A stretch of 63,958 nt of DNA, filler included, from Lama guanicoe (lineage: Eukaryota): NCBI GenBank assembly GCA_013239625.1. It is 143 parts of 143 records of this genome, joined end to end, with 100 filler letters (N's around TTAATTAATTAA, not from the genome) between each part and the next. Parts side by side here need not be neighbours in the genome. Positions count along the whole stretch, not along the records: positions 11,618 to 11,964 come from PNXV01057434.1; positions 12,065 to 12,411 come from PNXV01057435.1; positions 12,512 to 12,858 come from PNXV01057436.1; positions 12,959 to 13,305 come from PNXV01057437.1; positions 13,406 to 13,752 come from PNXV01057438.1; positions 13,853 to 14,200 come from PNXV01057439.1; positions 14,301 to 14,648 come from PNXV01057440.1; positions 14,749 to 15,096 come from PNXV01057441.1; 135 more parts are not named here. One strand, 5' to 3'. Shown here piece after piece: positions 11,894 through 24,496 of this stretch. Numbering within the stretch: the first letter of the stretch is position 1; each line of letters starts with the position of its first letter. The notes under the pieces were generated by a model. That model made no database searches. It was not told where the DNA came from and worked only from the letters and a program-made list of their open reading frames with translations. Made by a program: the position numbers and the translations under genes.

Positions 11894-12066
11894 AGGAAGT
11901 TAGCGCCCCCTGTGGACGACAGTTGCCTTACCTGCTGACCTTGTAAGTGTCCTTGCCTGCTGTTNNNNNNNNNNNNNNNNNNNNNNNNNNNNNNNNNNNN
12001 NNNNNNNNTTAATTAATTAANNNNNNNNNNNNNNNNNNNNNNNNNNNNNNNNNNNNNNNNNNNNTT

Positions 12067-12411
<345 letters not shown>

Positions 12412-12511
12412 NNNNNNNNNNNNNNNNNNNNNNNNNNNNNNNNNNNNNNNNNNNNTTAATTAATTAANNNNNNNNNNNNNNNNNNNNNNNNNNNNNNNNN
12501 NNNNNNNNNNN

Positions 12512-12858
12512 AATGGAACAGAGTAGAGAGCCCAGAAATAAACCCTCACACTTATAGTCAGTTAATCTATGACAAAGGAGGCAAGTATATACAATGGAGA
12601 AAAGATAGTTTCTTCAATAAGTTGTGCTGGGAAAAATCAGACAGCCACATGTAAAATAATAAAATTCAAACATTCTCTAACACTGTATACACAAACTCAA
12701 AATGGATTAAAGACCTAAATGCAAGAGTGGATAGTATTAAACTCTTAGAGGAAAACATAAGCAGAATAATCTTTGACATAAATGGCAGCAATATTTTTTT
12801 TTGGATCTCTCACCTAAAGTAAAGGAAACAAAGCAAAAATAAACAAATGGGACCTAAT
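12512..12858 (+). mobile_element. LINE-1 ORF2 fragment
   Basis: aatggaacagagtagagagcccagaaataaaccc...ctcaaaatggattaaagacctaaatg...aaacaaatgggacctaat. Confidence 0.93.
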
Positions 12859-12958
12859 NNNNNNNNNNNNNNNNNNNNNNNNNNNNNNNNNNNNNNNNNN
12901 NNTTAATTAATTAANNNNNNNNNNNNNNNNNNNNNNNNNNNNNNNNNNNNNNNNNNNN

Positions 12959-13305
12959 GATAACCACTATTGGTTCTCTATATCTGTGAGTCTGTTTCTG
13001 ATATGTTTATTCATTTTAGTTTTTAGATTCCACATAGAAGTGAAAACATAGTCTTCCTCTGACTTTTTCCAAGTATAATACCCTCTAGGTCCATCCTCCA
13101 TCCATGTTGCTGCAAATGGCACAATTTCATTCTTTTTTATAGTTGAGTAGTATTCCTCTAAGTGTATGTGATATTTGTGTATATCTCACATTTTCTTTAT
13201 CCATTCTTATGTTGATGGGCACTTAGGTTGTTTCCACATCTTGGCTAGTGTAAATAATGCTGCTGAGAATACTGGGGTGCATTTATCTTTTCAAATTAGG
13301 GTTTT
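12959..13305 (-). mobile_element. LINE-1 ORF2 end / 3' UTR fragment
   Basis: tagattccacata...tccatccatgttgctgcaaatggc...gatgggcacttaggttgtttccacatcttggct. Confidence 0.92.
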
Positions 13306-13913
13306 NNNNNNNNNNNNNNNNNNNNNNNNNNNNNNNNNNNNNNNNNNNNTTAATTAATTAANNNNNNNNNNNNNNNNNNNNNNNNNNNNNNNNNNNNNNN
13401 NNNNNTGCTATGCAGTATAATCTTGTTTATCTATTCTACATTTTGAAATCCCAGACTGGGATCTCTGCTACATCTCTTAACCCAGCCCCTCCTCTACAAT
13501 TCTTTCCTGACTACCTTGGCCCACAGACCTTTGTGTCATGGGCATTTCAACCACTTCCCACCTACAGTCTCCTTCCTCTCCAATTTCTCATTATCATTCA
13601 CATCGGATTTTTCCCTCTAAAATATGGAACTTATGTGGCATTTTGGTTTTAAGTCTTTTTTTCTTTTGCTTACAGAAGAAGATCCTATTTTTAAGATGAA
13701 TTTCAGAGCCTGTAAGGGGTCCAGCTTACTTTCTCATCCCTTCTCCCACCAGNNNNNNNNNNNNNNNNNNNNNNNNNNNNNNNNNNNNNNNNNNNNTTAA
13801 TTAATTAANNNNNNNNNNNNNNNNNNNNNNNNNNNNNNNNNNNNNNNNNNNNTTCTACCCAACAGCTAAAAGGAACACTGCAAATCAAGAAGCATGCTGG
13901 ATGCTAGCGGTAC

Positions 13914-14200
13914 CTTGGAGACGGCCAGTTCCTTAGATTTCGACTCAAACAGGTGCTCCAGCTTGGAGGTGTCCACCTTGATAGGTTCCAGTTTCGACCA
14001 CAGGAATTCTCTGCAGCGGCCGTTGTTCTTACACGGCCACTCGAACGGCCGCACTTCATTCCAGAACAGACGGATGGTCTTCTTTTTCTTGGTGAATGCT
14101 GGCTGGCCCCTGGGTACCTGGGGCCACCCTAAGCCCTGAGGAGCATTGAACACTGGAGGAGGAGCCAATAAATTACCGGGGACTGGAGGGGGAGGCACGC
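13914..14200 (-). CDS. FHOD3: FHOD3 coding exon fragment (FH1 polyproline to start of FH2) with 5' splice donor
   Basis: PPPPVPGNLLAPPPVFNAPQGLGWPQVPRGQPAFTKKKKTIRLFWNEVRPFEWPCKNNGRCREFLWSKLEPIKVDTSKLEHLFESKSKELAVSK|gtaccg. Confidence 0.9.
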
Positions 14201-16092
14201 NNNNNNNNNNNNNNNNNNNNNNNNNNNNNNNNNNNNNNNNNNNNTTAATTAATTAANNNNNNNNNNNNNNNNNNNNNNNNNNNNNNNNNNNNNNNNNNNN
14301 CCCATGATTTTTTAAAAATTGGAAATGTTGTGGGGAAATGGTTGGCAAACATTGACGACAAAAATATTTGACTTGCTATTTATAAGATAAATATAGTTGA
14401 TATTTTACCTGAAAAAATTCCTTTCTTTCTGTTGCATTCAAATGAAAATTCAGCCTGGAAACACATAATGAAGATGCATTTGAGGACTTACTTGAGCTTG
14501 TATGTGTATGTGCTTTATAAAGTACAGCATGTGGGTGGCTTTGATGGGAGGCAAACAAATCATTGTTTATTCCTCTTTAGAGGAAGAGGTGCTTCGATTT
14601 GGGAATTGATAGCCTCTGCATTAGTCTCAACAATGCAGGATGGACCACNNNNNNNNNNNNNNNNNNNNNNNNNNNNNNNNNNNNNNNNNNNNTTAATTAA
14701 TTAANNNNNNNNNNNNNNNNNNNNNNNNNNNNNNNNNNNNNNNNNNNNAAAAAAAAAAATTTGTATATTTTCAGTTAAAAAATGGGAAAATTTGAGCACT
14801 TTACAGGAATTGCAGGAGCACTGACTAAACGTAGCTCGTCCCTGACGCCTTCTTAGATGCTGCATCCATAGTTTTCAGTTGGTGGAGAAGGCTGTTCAAC
14901 CAAGGGTAGTTCGGACAGGGTGTTTTTAAAAGTTCCACAATGAGCCAAATTCAGGCCCTAGATGGACAAGGTTCTAGGATTTCACACGTCCTTGTAATAA
15001 AATATTGAAACTCTTATTTCAAAGCTAGATTTATAGGCTTGTATGTAACCTAGGTTGCTCAAATTTCACGTGAATATCCAAAACCAGATGAAATTCNNNN
15101 NNNNNNNNNNNNNNNNNNNNNNNNNNNNNNNNNNNNNNNNTTAATTAATTAANNNNNNNNNNNNNNNNNNNNNNNNNNNNNNNNNNNNNNNNNNNNTAAT
15201 ATAAAACTATGACAGTCTCACACACAGAGTCATATTTAAGATTAACTAATTTCCCCCAATATTTGTTCATACTTATAGTTTCTTAAACTCATAAGCATCT
15301 CTTTGCTCCCCGTAATGAGGCCACTAGTTTCTGTTCATATTCATCTCTACTTAAATGATCCACACATCTTTCACTAGGAGAAAAGAAATGGATATACATT
15401 AGCATGTCTCATCACTTCAACAGCTACCCCCTTAACTAATATATAAAAGCCATCCGTACACACGCTATGAATATGTTATAACTTCTCTGAATACTATTTA
15501 TTCTGTTTCATTCTGTGAGATGTTAAAATATGAGACTGTAATTTNNNNNNNNNNNNNNNNNNNNNNNNNNNNNNNNNNNNNNNNNNNNTTAATTAATTAA
15601 NNNNNNNNNNNNNNNNNNNNNNNNNNNNNNNNNNNNNNNNNNNNTGGTGAGTTCTCCTGATATCAAGATGTCATTGCTTTAAATAATATCCTGAGTTGTA
15701 CTGGAACTGTTTTTGTTGGGACTTGGAGTCCTAAGAGGGTACTTGTATATTTCCTATGCAGGGACCTGGGGGAAATTTGGAAGTGGGTAGGCTGTCCTTT
15801 TTCAGTATTAGGCTTAAACTGGAAAGATTATGTACATTTGGTCTGAACAAACTGTTTGCTAGTGACATGAGTGATTGAGACTGCTCATCTCTGAAGAAAA
15901 GGGACATTTGCTTTTTCCAGCCACAAGGCGTTCTCAGCCAACTGAGAACCTAGTGGAATGTCTGAGGGTTCATCCACTTAACGGTTAGTGGTNNNNNNNN
16001 NNNNNNNNNNNNNNNNNNNNNNNNNNNNNNNNNNNNTTAATTAATTAANNNNNNNNNNNNNNNNNNNNNNNNNNNNNNNNNNNNNNNNNNNN

Positions 16093-16439
16093 TGAAATAA
16101 TGCCATTTGCAGCAACATGGGTGAACCTAGAGATTATCATATTAAGTGAAGTAAGCCAGACAGAGAAACACAAATATCCTATAATGTCACTTATATATGG
16201 AATCTAAAAAAAATTGCAAATTTTATGTACAAACCAGAAATAGACTCACAAACATAGAAAACAAACTGTGGCTACCAGGAGGGAAAAGGGGTGGATAGGG
16301 ATAGATTAGAAGTTTGGGATTAACAGATGCACATTACTATATATGAAATAGATAGACAACAGGGACCTACTGTATAGCACAGGAAACTATATTTAATTTC
16401 TTGTAATGAGTCATAATGGAAAAGAAACTAAAAAAAAAA
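16093..16439 (+). mobile_element. LINE-1 ORF2 end / 3' UTR fragment
   Basis: gaaataatgccatttgcagcaacatgg...agactcacaaacatagaaaacaaact...gacctactgtatagcacagg. Confidence 0.92.
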
Positions 16440-17435
16440 NNNNNNNNNNNNNNNNNNNNNNNNNNNNNNNNNNNNNNNNNNNNTTAATTAATTAANNNNN
16501 NNNNNNNNNNNNNNNNNNNNNNNNNNNNNNNNNNNNNNNTTAAGTGCATAGGGAGGGAAATAAGGATTTTTTAAAAATAAGGCAAATGAGAAAATGCATG
16601 GGATGACCGCGTACTGTTTGAGAACGTGCCAGAGAGCGTGTGGATGCAAGTCCACCCCTCCGAGCTCAGTGTGTCGGCACCTGTTTTCTGACACCTGGAC
16701 CCCATGGCGTTGGGGAAACAATGGGCTCTGAAACCAAACTCAGAACTGTCTGTCATTAGGCGTACTAAGCCACATGCTTAACCTTACTTCAATGGAGGGT
16801 TTTCGTGCGGCTTAATACAGCTATACCTTTTTCTAGCCGCACATACTCTAACTTTGACACATTTGAAGATAGAAGATCTACAGGGAANNNNNNNNNNNNN
16901 NNNNNNNNNNNNNNNNNNNNNNNNNNNNNNNTTAATTAATTAANNNNNNNNNNNNNNNNNNNNNNNNNNNNNNNNNNNNNNNNNNNNCAAAAGAATACTA
17001 CAAGTGACCACAAAAAAGTGTTTTACTTAACTAGTATTTAAGTATTAGTTAGCTATATAAATTTTGGTAATAAAGATATTCTTGTTTTATTATAAATTTT
17101 AAATGTTGAATAACGGCTATGTAAATAACAATTTAAGGCTGATTTTTGTGTATAGTGGTACTCAATTTTAATTGGAAAAAAATGAAATTCTCTATCCTTG
17201 GCTAGTTATACTAATAAGGAAAAGAACACCAAAGAATTAGAAAGCAGGATTCTCAGAATGAGCTTAGAGTGATTCCTGCTTAAAATTGAAAACTAAATGT
17301 AACTAAACTTCATGTGCCTGATTTTTCTAACCAGANNNNNNNNNNNNNNNNNNNNNNNNNNNNNNNNNNNNNNNNNNNNTTAATTAATTAANNNNNNNNN
17401 NNNNNNNNNNNNNNNNNNNNNNNNNNNNNNNNNNN

Positions 17436-17531
17436 GTTGCTTCCATGTCTTGGCTATTGTATATAGTGCTTCTGTGAACATTGGAGTGCATGTATAGTTT
17501 TGAAAAGTTCCTTCTGGATATATGCCCAGTC
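17436..17531 (-). mobile_element. Short LINE-1 fragment
   Basis: gttgcttccatgtcttggctattgt...gaacattggagtgcatgtat...tggatatatgcccagt. Confidence 0.85.
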
Positions 17532-18330
17532 CTGTGCAATTCTTAATATGCCTCCAGTCACAGCTTCTAGTCTTAAGGTCACCTCGTGGTTGAATATGGT
17601 TTTTAATACTTACAGCCGTCACCAACATAAAGGAGGAAGAGCAGACAGAAAAATGTTCAGCCCAGCTGAAGAAGCCCGTCTGGCCTTCCTGGATATCCCA
17701 CAGGACAGTCCATCAGTTTGGATAAACCTTACACATAGCTGACATATGGCTTGGTTACTCAGAGCTGAGAGGGAAGCTGAAANNNNNNNNNNNNNNNNNN
17801 NNNNNNNNNNNNNNNNNNNNNNNNNNTTAATTAATTAANNNNNNNNNNNNNNNNNNNNNNNNNNNNNNNNNNNNNNNNNNNNTAGATGCATTTGGTATTG
17901 AATAAGAACTTCTAAAACTGAAGGAATCATCACACCCACTCCGGTGAGAGACCTCAGGGACAGTGACTGAAAGAACCCTGCTCTATCGAGATGCTGAAAC
18001 ACCCTCTGAAGCACTGACTTAGAGGGACTTAAAGCCTGCGCTCTGACTTTTCTCCACCTCCAATGCTTTCCCAGAAGCCCACGTGGTTTAGTCTCCCATG
18101 TTGCCTACTGTAAATGATGCTTAAATGGGACCTTTCCAGTGAGGCTTAGCCTCACCACCCTATTTAAAACTATCATCTGTAGCCCCTACCTCAAAACTTA
18201 CTATTTTCTTTACCCTGTATATATATATATNNNNNNNNNNNNNNNNNNNNNNNNNNNNNNNNNNNNNNNNNNNNTTAATTAATTAANNNNNNNNNNNNNN
18301 NNNNNNNNNNNNNNNNNNNNNNNNNNNNNN

Positions 18331-18678
18331 TCAGAAAGAAAGTTAAGGAAACAATCCCATTTACCATCACATTAAAAAGAATAAAATACCTAGGAATACC
18401 TACCTAAGGAGGCGAGAGACCTGTGCTCTGAAAACTATGAAATACTGATGAAAGAAATTGAAGACAATACAAATAGAAGGAAAGATATACTGTGTTCTTG
18501 GATTGGAATAATCAGTATTGCTAAAATGAACAAACTACCTCAGACAGTCTACAGAGTCAATGCAATCCCTATCAAATCACCAGTGGCATTTCTCACAGAA
18601 CTCAACCAAAAATTTTTCTAATTTGTATGAAAACACAAAAGACCCTGAACAGAAAAAACAATCAATCTTGAGAAAGAA
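18331..18678 (+). mobile_element. LINE-1 ORF2 (RT region) fragment
   Basis: aaacaatcccatttacc...ataaaatacctaggaat...gttcttggattggaa...aatgcaatccctatcaaa. Confidence 0.92.
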
Positions 18679-18778
18679 NNNNNNNNNNNNNNNNNNNNNN
18701 NNNNNNNNNNNNNNNNNNNNNNTTAATTAATTAANNNNNNNNNNNNNNNNNNNNNNNNNNNNNNNNNNNNNNNNNNNN

Positions 18779-19124
18779 TATCACTTATATGTAGAATCTA
18801 AAAAGATGACACAAATGAACTTATTTATAAAACAGAAACAGACTCAGACAAAGGAAACAAACTTATGGTTACCAGGGTGGAAAATGGGGGAGTGGAGGGA
18901 TAAGTTGGGAGTTTGAGATTTGCAGATACTAACTACTATAAATGATAAACAACAAGGTCCTACTGTATAGCACAGGGTACTATATTCAATATCTTGGAAT
19001 AGCCTATAATGAAAAAGAATATGAAAAGGAATAGATATAAATAATATATATATATCTGAATCACTAGGTTGAACACCAGAAATTAACGCATTGTAAATCA
19101 ACTATACTTCAATAAAAAAAAAAA
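18779..19124 (+). mobile_element. LINE-1 3' UTR ending in poly(A)
   Basis: aacttatggttaccaggg...caacaaggtcctactgtatagcacaggg...ttgtaaatcaactatacttcaataaaaaaaa. Confidence 0.93.
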
Positions 19125-20120
19125 NNNNNNNNNNNNNNNNNNNNNNNNNNNNNNNNNNNNNNNNNNNNTTAATTAATTAANNNNNNNNNNNNNNNNNNNN
19201 NNNNNNNNNNNNNNNNNNNNNNNNTTTGTCCGGTTATCCTGGTCTTTACATGCCAGAGCTGGAAGTAAAGCCCTGAAGAACCAGAAGATACCTTTTACTG
19301 TTGATACAAATTGTATCTTTTTAACTATAAGACTATTTTGATTTGTAGATCTAGTTAAAACACAAATGTGTAACTACGATTAGACTTTTGGGCAACATTT
19401 TATCCCTTATTGAAATGCAAAATTTTAAGGCAAAATTGAAGTCTAGAGTAGGGTAGAAAATAAAAGTAACAATTTAGGTAAATAAAGTGTCTGTCTTAGT
19501 TTTATATATTAAAATAGAGTCAGTGAATTTATTGGCATTTTCATTCTCCTAAAACTTACCTAGCGTGAACTTNNNNNNNNNNNNNNNNNNNNNNNNNNNN
19601 NNNNNNNNNNNNNNNNTTAATTAATTAANNNNNNNNNNNNNNNNNNNNNNNNNNNNNNNNNNNNNNNNNNNNTCCATTTCCTTCTTGTTAAGGACTCCTG
19701 AATCTTCCTTCCCATAGGACTCTAGCGAAAATCAAGGGGAATAATTTACGTAATAATGTTTGATGAAGTCTAATGTACAGGCATCATAATGACAGTGACT
19801 ACTTCAATATTTTTATTATAAAAGTAGAATCTTCTGCAAAACAAATTTTTAGCTGAAGACATAGGAGTAAATGAGACTACCCAGGAGAGCTTTTGGTGTC
19901 ATCCAGCAAGTGGAAAAAGAAAGAGAAGCCACGAGAAAGCCTCATGCTCAGGATTGAGGCCCACCCAAGAGCCAGCAAAGGAGGGTAAGAAGTGATGGGA
20001 GAAGCAGTGGGTATCTGGGCNNNNNNNNNNNNNNNNNNNNNNNNNNNNNNNNNNNNNNNNNNNNTTAATTAATTAANNNNNNNNNNNNNNNNNNNNNNNN
20101 NNNNNNNNNNNNNNNNNNNN

Positions 20121-20468
20121 AAAAAATTAATAAATTGGACATTCTAAACTCAAAACTTCAGTACTTCAAAAGACATTTGGGGGGAAAAGCAAGAGACTAG
20201 GAGAAAATGTTGCAAAGTACTTATCTAATAGCTGGCTTATGTTTATGATCTACAAAGAACTTTCAAAACACAATAGCAAGAAAATAAGCCAATTTTCTTT
20301 AAATAAGCAAAAATTTTAGTTGACATATTTTACCAAACATGATAAGAAAATGGCAAAAAAGTACATGAAAATTTGGTCTATATTATTAGTAATTACAGGA
20401 ATGTAATTTAAAACCACAGTGAGATCCCACTAACCACCTATTAGAATGGCTGAAATTTAAAACAAAAA
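20121..20468 (+). mobile_element. Old LINE-1 (L1M) ORF2 fragment
   Basis: Degenerate ...gactaggagaaaatgttgcaa...aatttaaaaccacagtgagatcccac...cctattagaatggctgaaattt. Confidence 0.8.
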
Positions 20469-21016
20469 NNNNNNNNNNNNNNNNNNNNNNNNNNNNNNNN
20501 NNNNNNNNNNNNTTAATTAATTAANNNNNNNNNNNNNNNNNNNNNNNNNNNNNNNNNNNNNNNNNNNNTCAAGGAATTTACAGTTTTGATTTCATTTGAG
20601 AGATAGGCACTTAAACATGTTACAACATTGGTAAACATTTTGAATGGAATTAAACACAAAGTATATAATTTTATTAATCAAACCGTGTCCCCCACTGAAT
20701 TATTTGCCTTAAGTAATGGAGCCATGACTTGGTTGTTTTGGATTTCCTGCTCCTTAGCACAGAGGTGGCTCCCGGTGGCTACTCAGATTGGACCGACCTT
20801 TAATCTCACTTGGGGCATGACATTGTCATTAACCGGGAAGGAGAATGGAGAAAGACAAGGGGGTTAGGGAGTGAATATAGCTGCTGAGATTGCAGCACGG
20901 TGGTTTCAGGTATTTTNNNNNNNNNNNNNNNNNNNNNNNNNNNNNNNNNNNNNNNNNNNNTTAATTAATTAANNNNNNNNNNNNNNNNNNNNNNNNNNNN
21001 NNNNNNNNNNNNNNNN

Positions 21017-21085
21017 CTCGCCGCCGCCGGCGCCGGGCCCCGCGGCGCTCAGGTACTGCGGGTAGCCCAGCTGCGGGAAGGACAT
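21017..21085 (-). CDS. IRX1: IRX1 (Iroquois homeobox 1) start of coding exon 1; GC-rich 5' UTR extends to 21364
   Basis: ATG at 21083-21085 gives MSFPQLGYPQYLSAAGPGAGGGE. Recalled IRX1 N-terminus is MSFPQLGYPQYLSAAGPGAYGGE. The contig is CpG-island-like. The ORF track misses this frame. Confidence 0.9.
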
Positions 21086-23256
21086 GTCCGCGGACTCGGC
21101 GGCGGCGGCGGCGGCGGGCAAGTATTAAAACGGGCGGGGGACGGAGGCAGAGAGTCGGGGAGGCGCCGCACGGGGAGCCGGCGGCCGGCCGGGCGCGCTC
21201 GGGCCGGCCCGGAGGCGGGGGCCGGTGGCTGCTCCTCGGCCCGGTGCTCGCTGGCGCCCGGCTCCCGACTGCGCCCGGATCCGCGATCGCGCGGCGACTG
21301 CGGCGGCCGCCCTCCGCTCGGCGGCGGGGCTTTCAGACACAATTTGAAGTTGATGCTTTGATTGNNNNNNNNNNNNNNNNNNNNNNNNNNNNNNNNNNNN
21401 NNNNNNNNTTAATTAATTAANNNNNNNNNNNNNNNNNNNNNNNNNNNNNNNNNNNNNNNNNNNNCAGCATCCTTTGTCTACTGATACGGCAGGCGACGCT
21501 CTCCATCCACAAGAATCAGTATCAAATTGCAGCTGGTATTTTGATTCCATTGGATGCATTAAAAGAATGATGTTCTAGTTTAATTTCAAGTAGTTTTCAG
21601 AATACCGGAGCGATTAATACCCATTGATCTCACTGGAATAAATTTATCGATCATTTAAAATCTGTAATGCAAAGGATTCCATAAAATGTGCGAAGGGGTA
21701 TACGGGTTTTGAAAATGCCTCCAGAGAGCATACAAACCCAATTTTTGACAATCTCTGAGCTAGAGAAAAGTGGTCAGGAGGAAAGCGACATGAAATAAAT
21801 TGAAAAAAAAAANNNNNNNNNNNNNNNNNNNNNNNNNNNNNNNNNNNNNNNNNNNNTTAATTAATTAANNNNNNNNNNNNNNNNNNNNNNNNNNNNNNNN
21901 NNNNNNNNNNNNCCAGAGAGAGACTGAGAGAGGGTGTTAGGCTAGGCATGCCCTGTTCCTCTATAGGAAGGAGTGAGGAGTGGGGTAAGAGGGCTTGGGG
22001 GGGGGGTGGATGCTGCCTTCTGGGAAGTCAGGGAGCGGGAAGAAGTGCCCCCTGCCAAGGTGGTCACTCACGGTGAGCAGCTGCAATTCAACTGAGATTG
22101 AATGATTATGCAGTTGACCTGGACCGAGCCCTGAACAAACGCTTCTGAAGGAATAAAGGAAGGAGCGCTGTGTATTTTGCTGTTTGGTTTCATTAAGAAT
22201 CTCCAAGGAGATGTAAATAACTTGCCATCCCTTCTAGGCGACCTTCCCCACCAATCCTGGNNNNNNNNNNNNNNNNNNNNNNNNNNNNNNNNNNNNNNNN
22301 NNNNTTAATTAATTAANNNNNNNNNNNNNNNNNNNNNNNNNNNNNNNNNNNNNNNNNNNNTCATTCCAGAAGTCTTCAAGGAAATTGCAAAACAAGATAC
22401 TAAACATAATATGGCTCTAAAAATAGTTCTGGAAAGCCACCAAGCTATCATCATATTCTAAAAAGAGGCTAGATGTGATTTTTGGTCATTAAAACAGTAA
22501 ATTTCACCTTCATATATAGAACTGACACTGAGCCTGCGGTTAAAGATTGGGTAGTGGTGTAAAAAGAGCAGGGAAGTATAACTTTGTGGGCTGACATTTT
22601 ACAACTTTTATATAAACATAGTCTCATTTTTATGTGAGGATAATTAGTGTAATGACCAAAGATTATTTAGAGAACATGTCTTACCACGACTACATTTCCC
22701 CAAACTTGNNNNNNNNNNNNNNNNNNNNNNNNNNNNNNNNNNNNNNNNNNNNTTAATTAATTAANNNNNNNNNNNNNNNNNNNNNNNNNNNNNNNNNNNN
22801 NNNNNNNNCATGATAATGGGGTGGCAATTTTTTAAGGCATTACAGCATTAAGAGTTTGAGAACAAGAAAATTGATGACAGTGGCATTATGGAAACTACAA
22901 AGCAGATGGACTAAGAGGATTCATAAATACAAATCTGTATCTGGCAGAGGAGAAAACAAAGAAGGAGCTTAATTTGTATCTTGGAATGCTTGTAAATAGT
23001 AAGAACCTGACATCTGAGGTTGAGGGTAGGAAGTAAAGAGCTAGAAAACAGAAAGGGTGTTTAATTCTTGTTCAGAATATGTTAAACCTATAACAGGTCA
23101 GGCTCCCTAGTAAATAAAAATTGATAATAATGTGTCCGTGTTGGTTCATCAGTTGTNNNNNNNNNNNNNNNNNNNNNNNNNNNNNNNNNNNNNNNNNNNN
23201 TTAATTAATTAANNNNNNNNNNNNNNNNNNNNNNNNNNNNNNNNNNNNNNNNNNNN

Positions 23257-23600
23257 ATACATATATTCCTTTTCATATTCTTTTTCATTATAAGTTGCTA
23301 CAAGAGATTGAATATAGTTCCTTGTGCTATACAGTATAAAGTTGTTGCTTATCTATTTTATATAGTAGTTAGTATCTGAAAATCTCCAACTCCCAATTTA
23401 TCCCTTCTCACCCCTTGGTAACCGTAAGTTTGTTTTTTATTTCTTTGAGTCTGTTTCTGTTTTGTAAGTAAGTTCATTAATCTTTTTAAAAATTCCACAT
23501 ATTAATGATATCATATGTTATTTTTCTTTCTCTTTCTGGCTTCACTTAGAGTGACAATCTCCAGATCCATCCATGTTGCTGCAAATGGCATTATTTTATT
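23257..23600 (-). mobile_element. LINE-1 3' UTR fragment
   Basis: attcttttcatattctttttcattata...ttgaatatagttccttgtgctatacagt...tccatccatgttgctgcaaatggc. Confidence 0.92.
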
Positions 23601-24148
23601 NNNNNNNNNNNNNNNNNNNNNNNNNNNNNNNNNNNNNNNNNNNNTTAATTAATTAANNNNNNNNNNNNNNNNNNNNNNNNNNNNNNNNNNNNNNNNNNNN
23701 AAAGAACAAGGGAAAAGGTAATAAAGGCAGAGACTGGGCGGCACAGACAATTAAACCATGACTCACTGATGCTAAAATTCTAGGTTCTTAGTTCCTCGTC
23801 ATAGACGGATGCAGGCGTCAGTGTCATTCCGGATACTCCCCCTGCTCTGCCTCCCCTGGACTGCTTTCAGACACGTCGGTAATTCAGAGCCTCCTGCTGA
23901 CGTCACGTCTGAAGTGTGGCGCTTGTTTTTGGCCTCGTCAGTTAGCAACTTTTTCGCTTGTAGATGCCGTCTCATTATTACGTTTTAAAAAACTGGGACT
24001 TATGTCTGCTGTCTAGTGATTGTGACGCTTTGCCAAAGCCATGAGCACNNNNNNNNNNNNNNNNNNNNNNNNNNNNNNNNNNNNNNNNNNNNTTAATTAA
24101 TTAANNNNNNNNNNNNNNNNNNNNNNNNNNNNNNNNNNNNNNNNNNNN

Positions 24149-24496
24149 AAAAAAGGGGTAGAAAGAATATATAAAAAAAATGGCTGAAAACTTCCCAAAT
24201 TTGATGAAAACATTAATTTGTACATCACAGCAGCTCAACAAACTCCACGTGGTATAAACTTAGAGACATCTAGAATAGGCACATCAGACTCAGTGTCTCA
24301 AAAGACAAGAACAAAGAATTCTGACAGCAGAAACAGAAAAGTTGCTCAACATTTACAAAGGCTCCTCAGTAAGATAGTTGATTTCTCATCAAAAAGCATG
24401 GAGACCAGAAGGCAGTGGGAAGGTATTGTCAAAGTGTTAAAAGGAAAAGACTGTAACCAACTACTTTATAGCCAGCAAAATGATCCTTCAAAAAAA
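24149..24496 (+). mobile_element. Old LINE-1 ORF1 fragment
   Basis: atggctgaaaacttcccaaatttgatgaaa...gatttctcatcaaaaagcatggagaccagaaggcagtggg. Confidence 0.85.

Noticed and set aside
21049..21342. Pro/Arg-rich 97-aa and 71-aa minus-strand ORFs
   Set aside because: They use non-ATG starts in the IRX1 5' UTR. The real frame starts at 21085.
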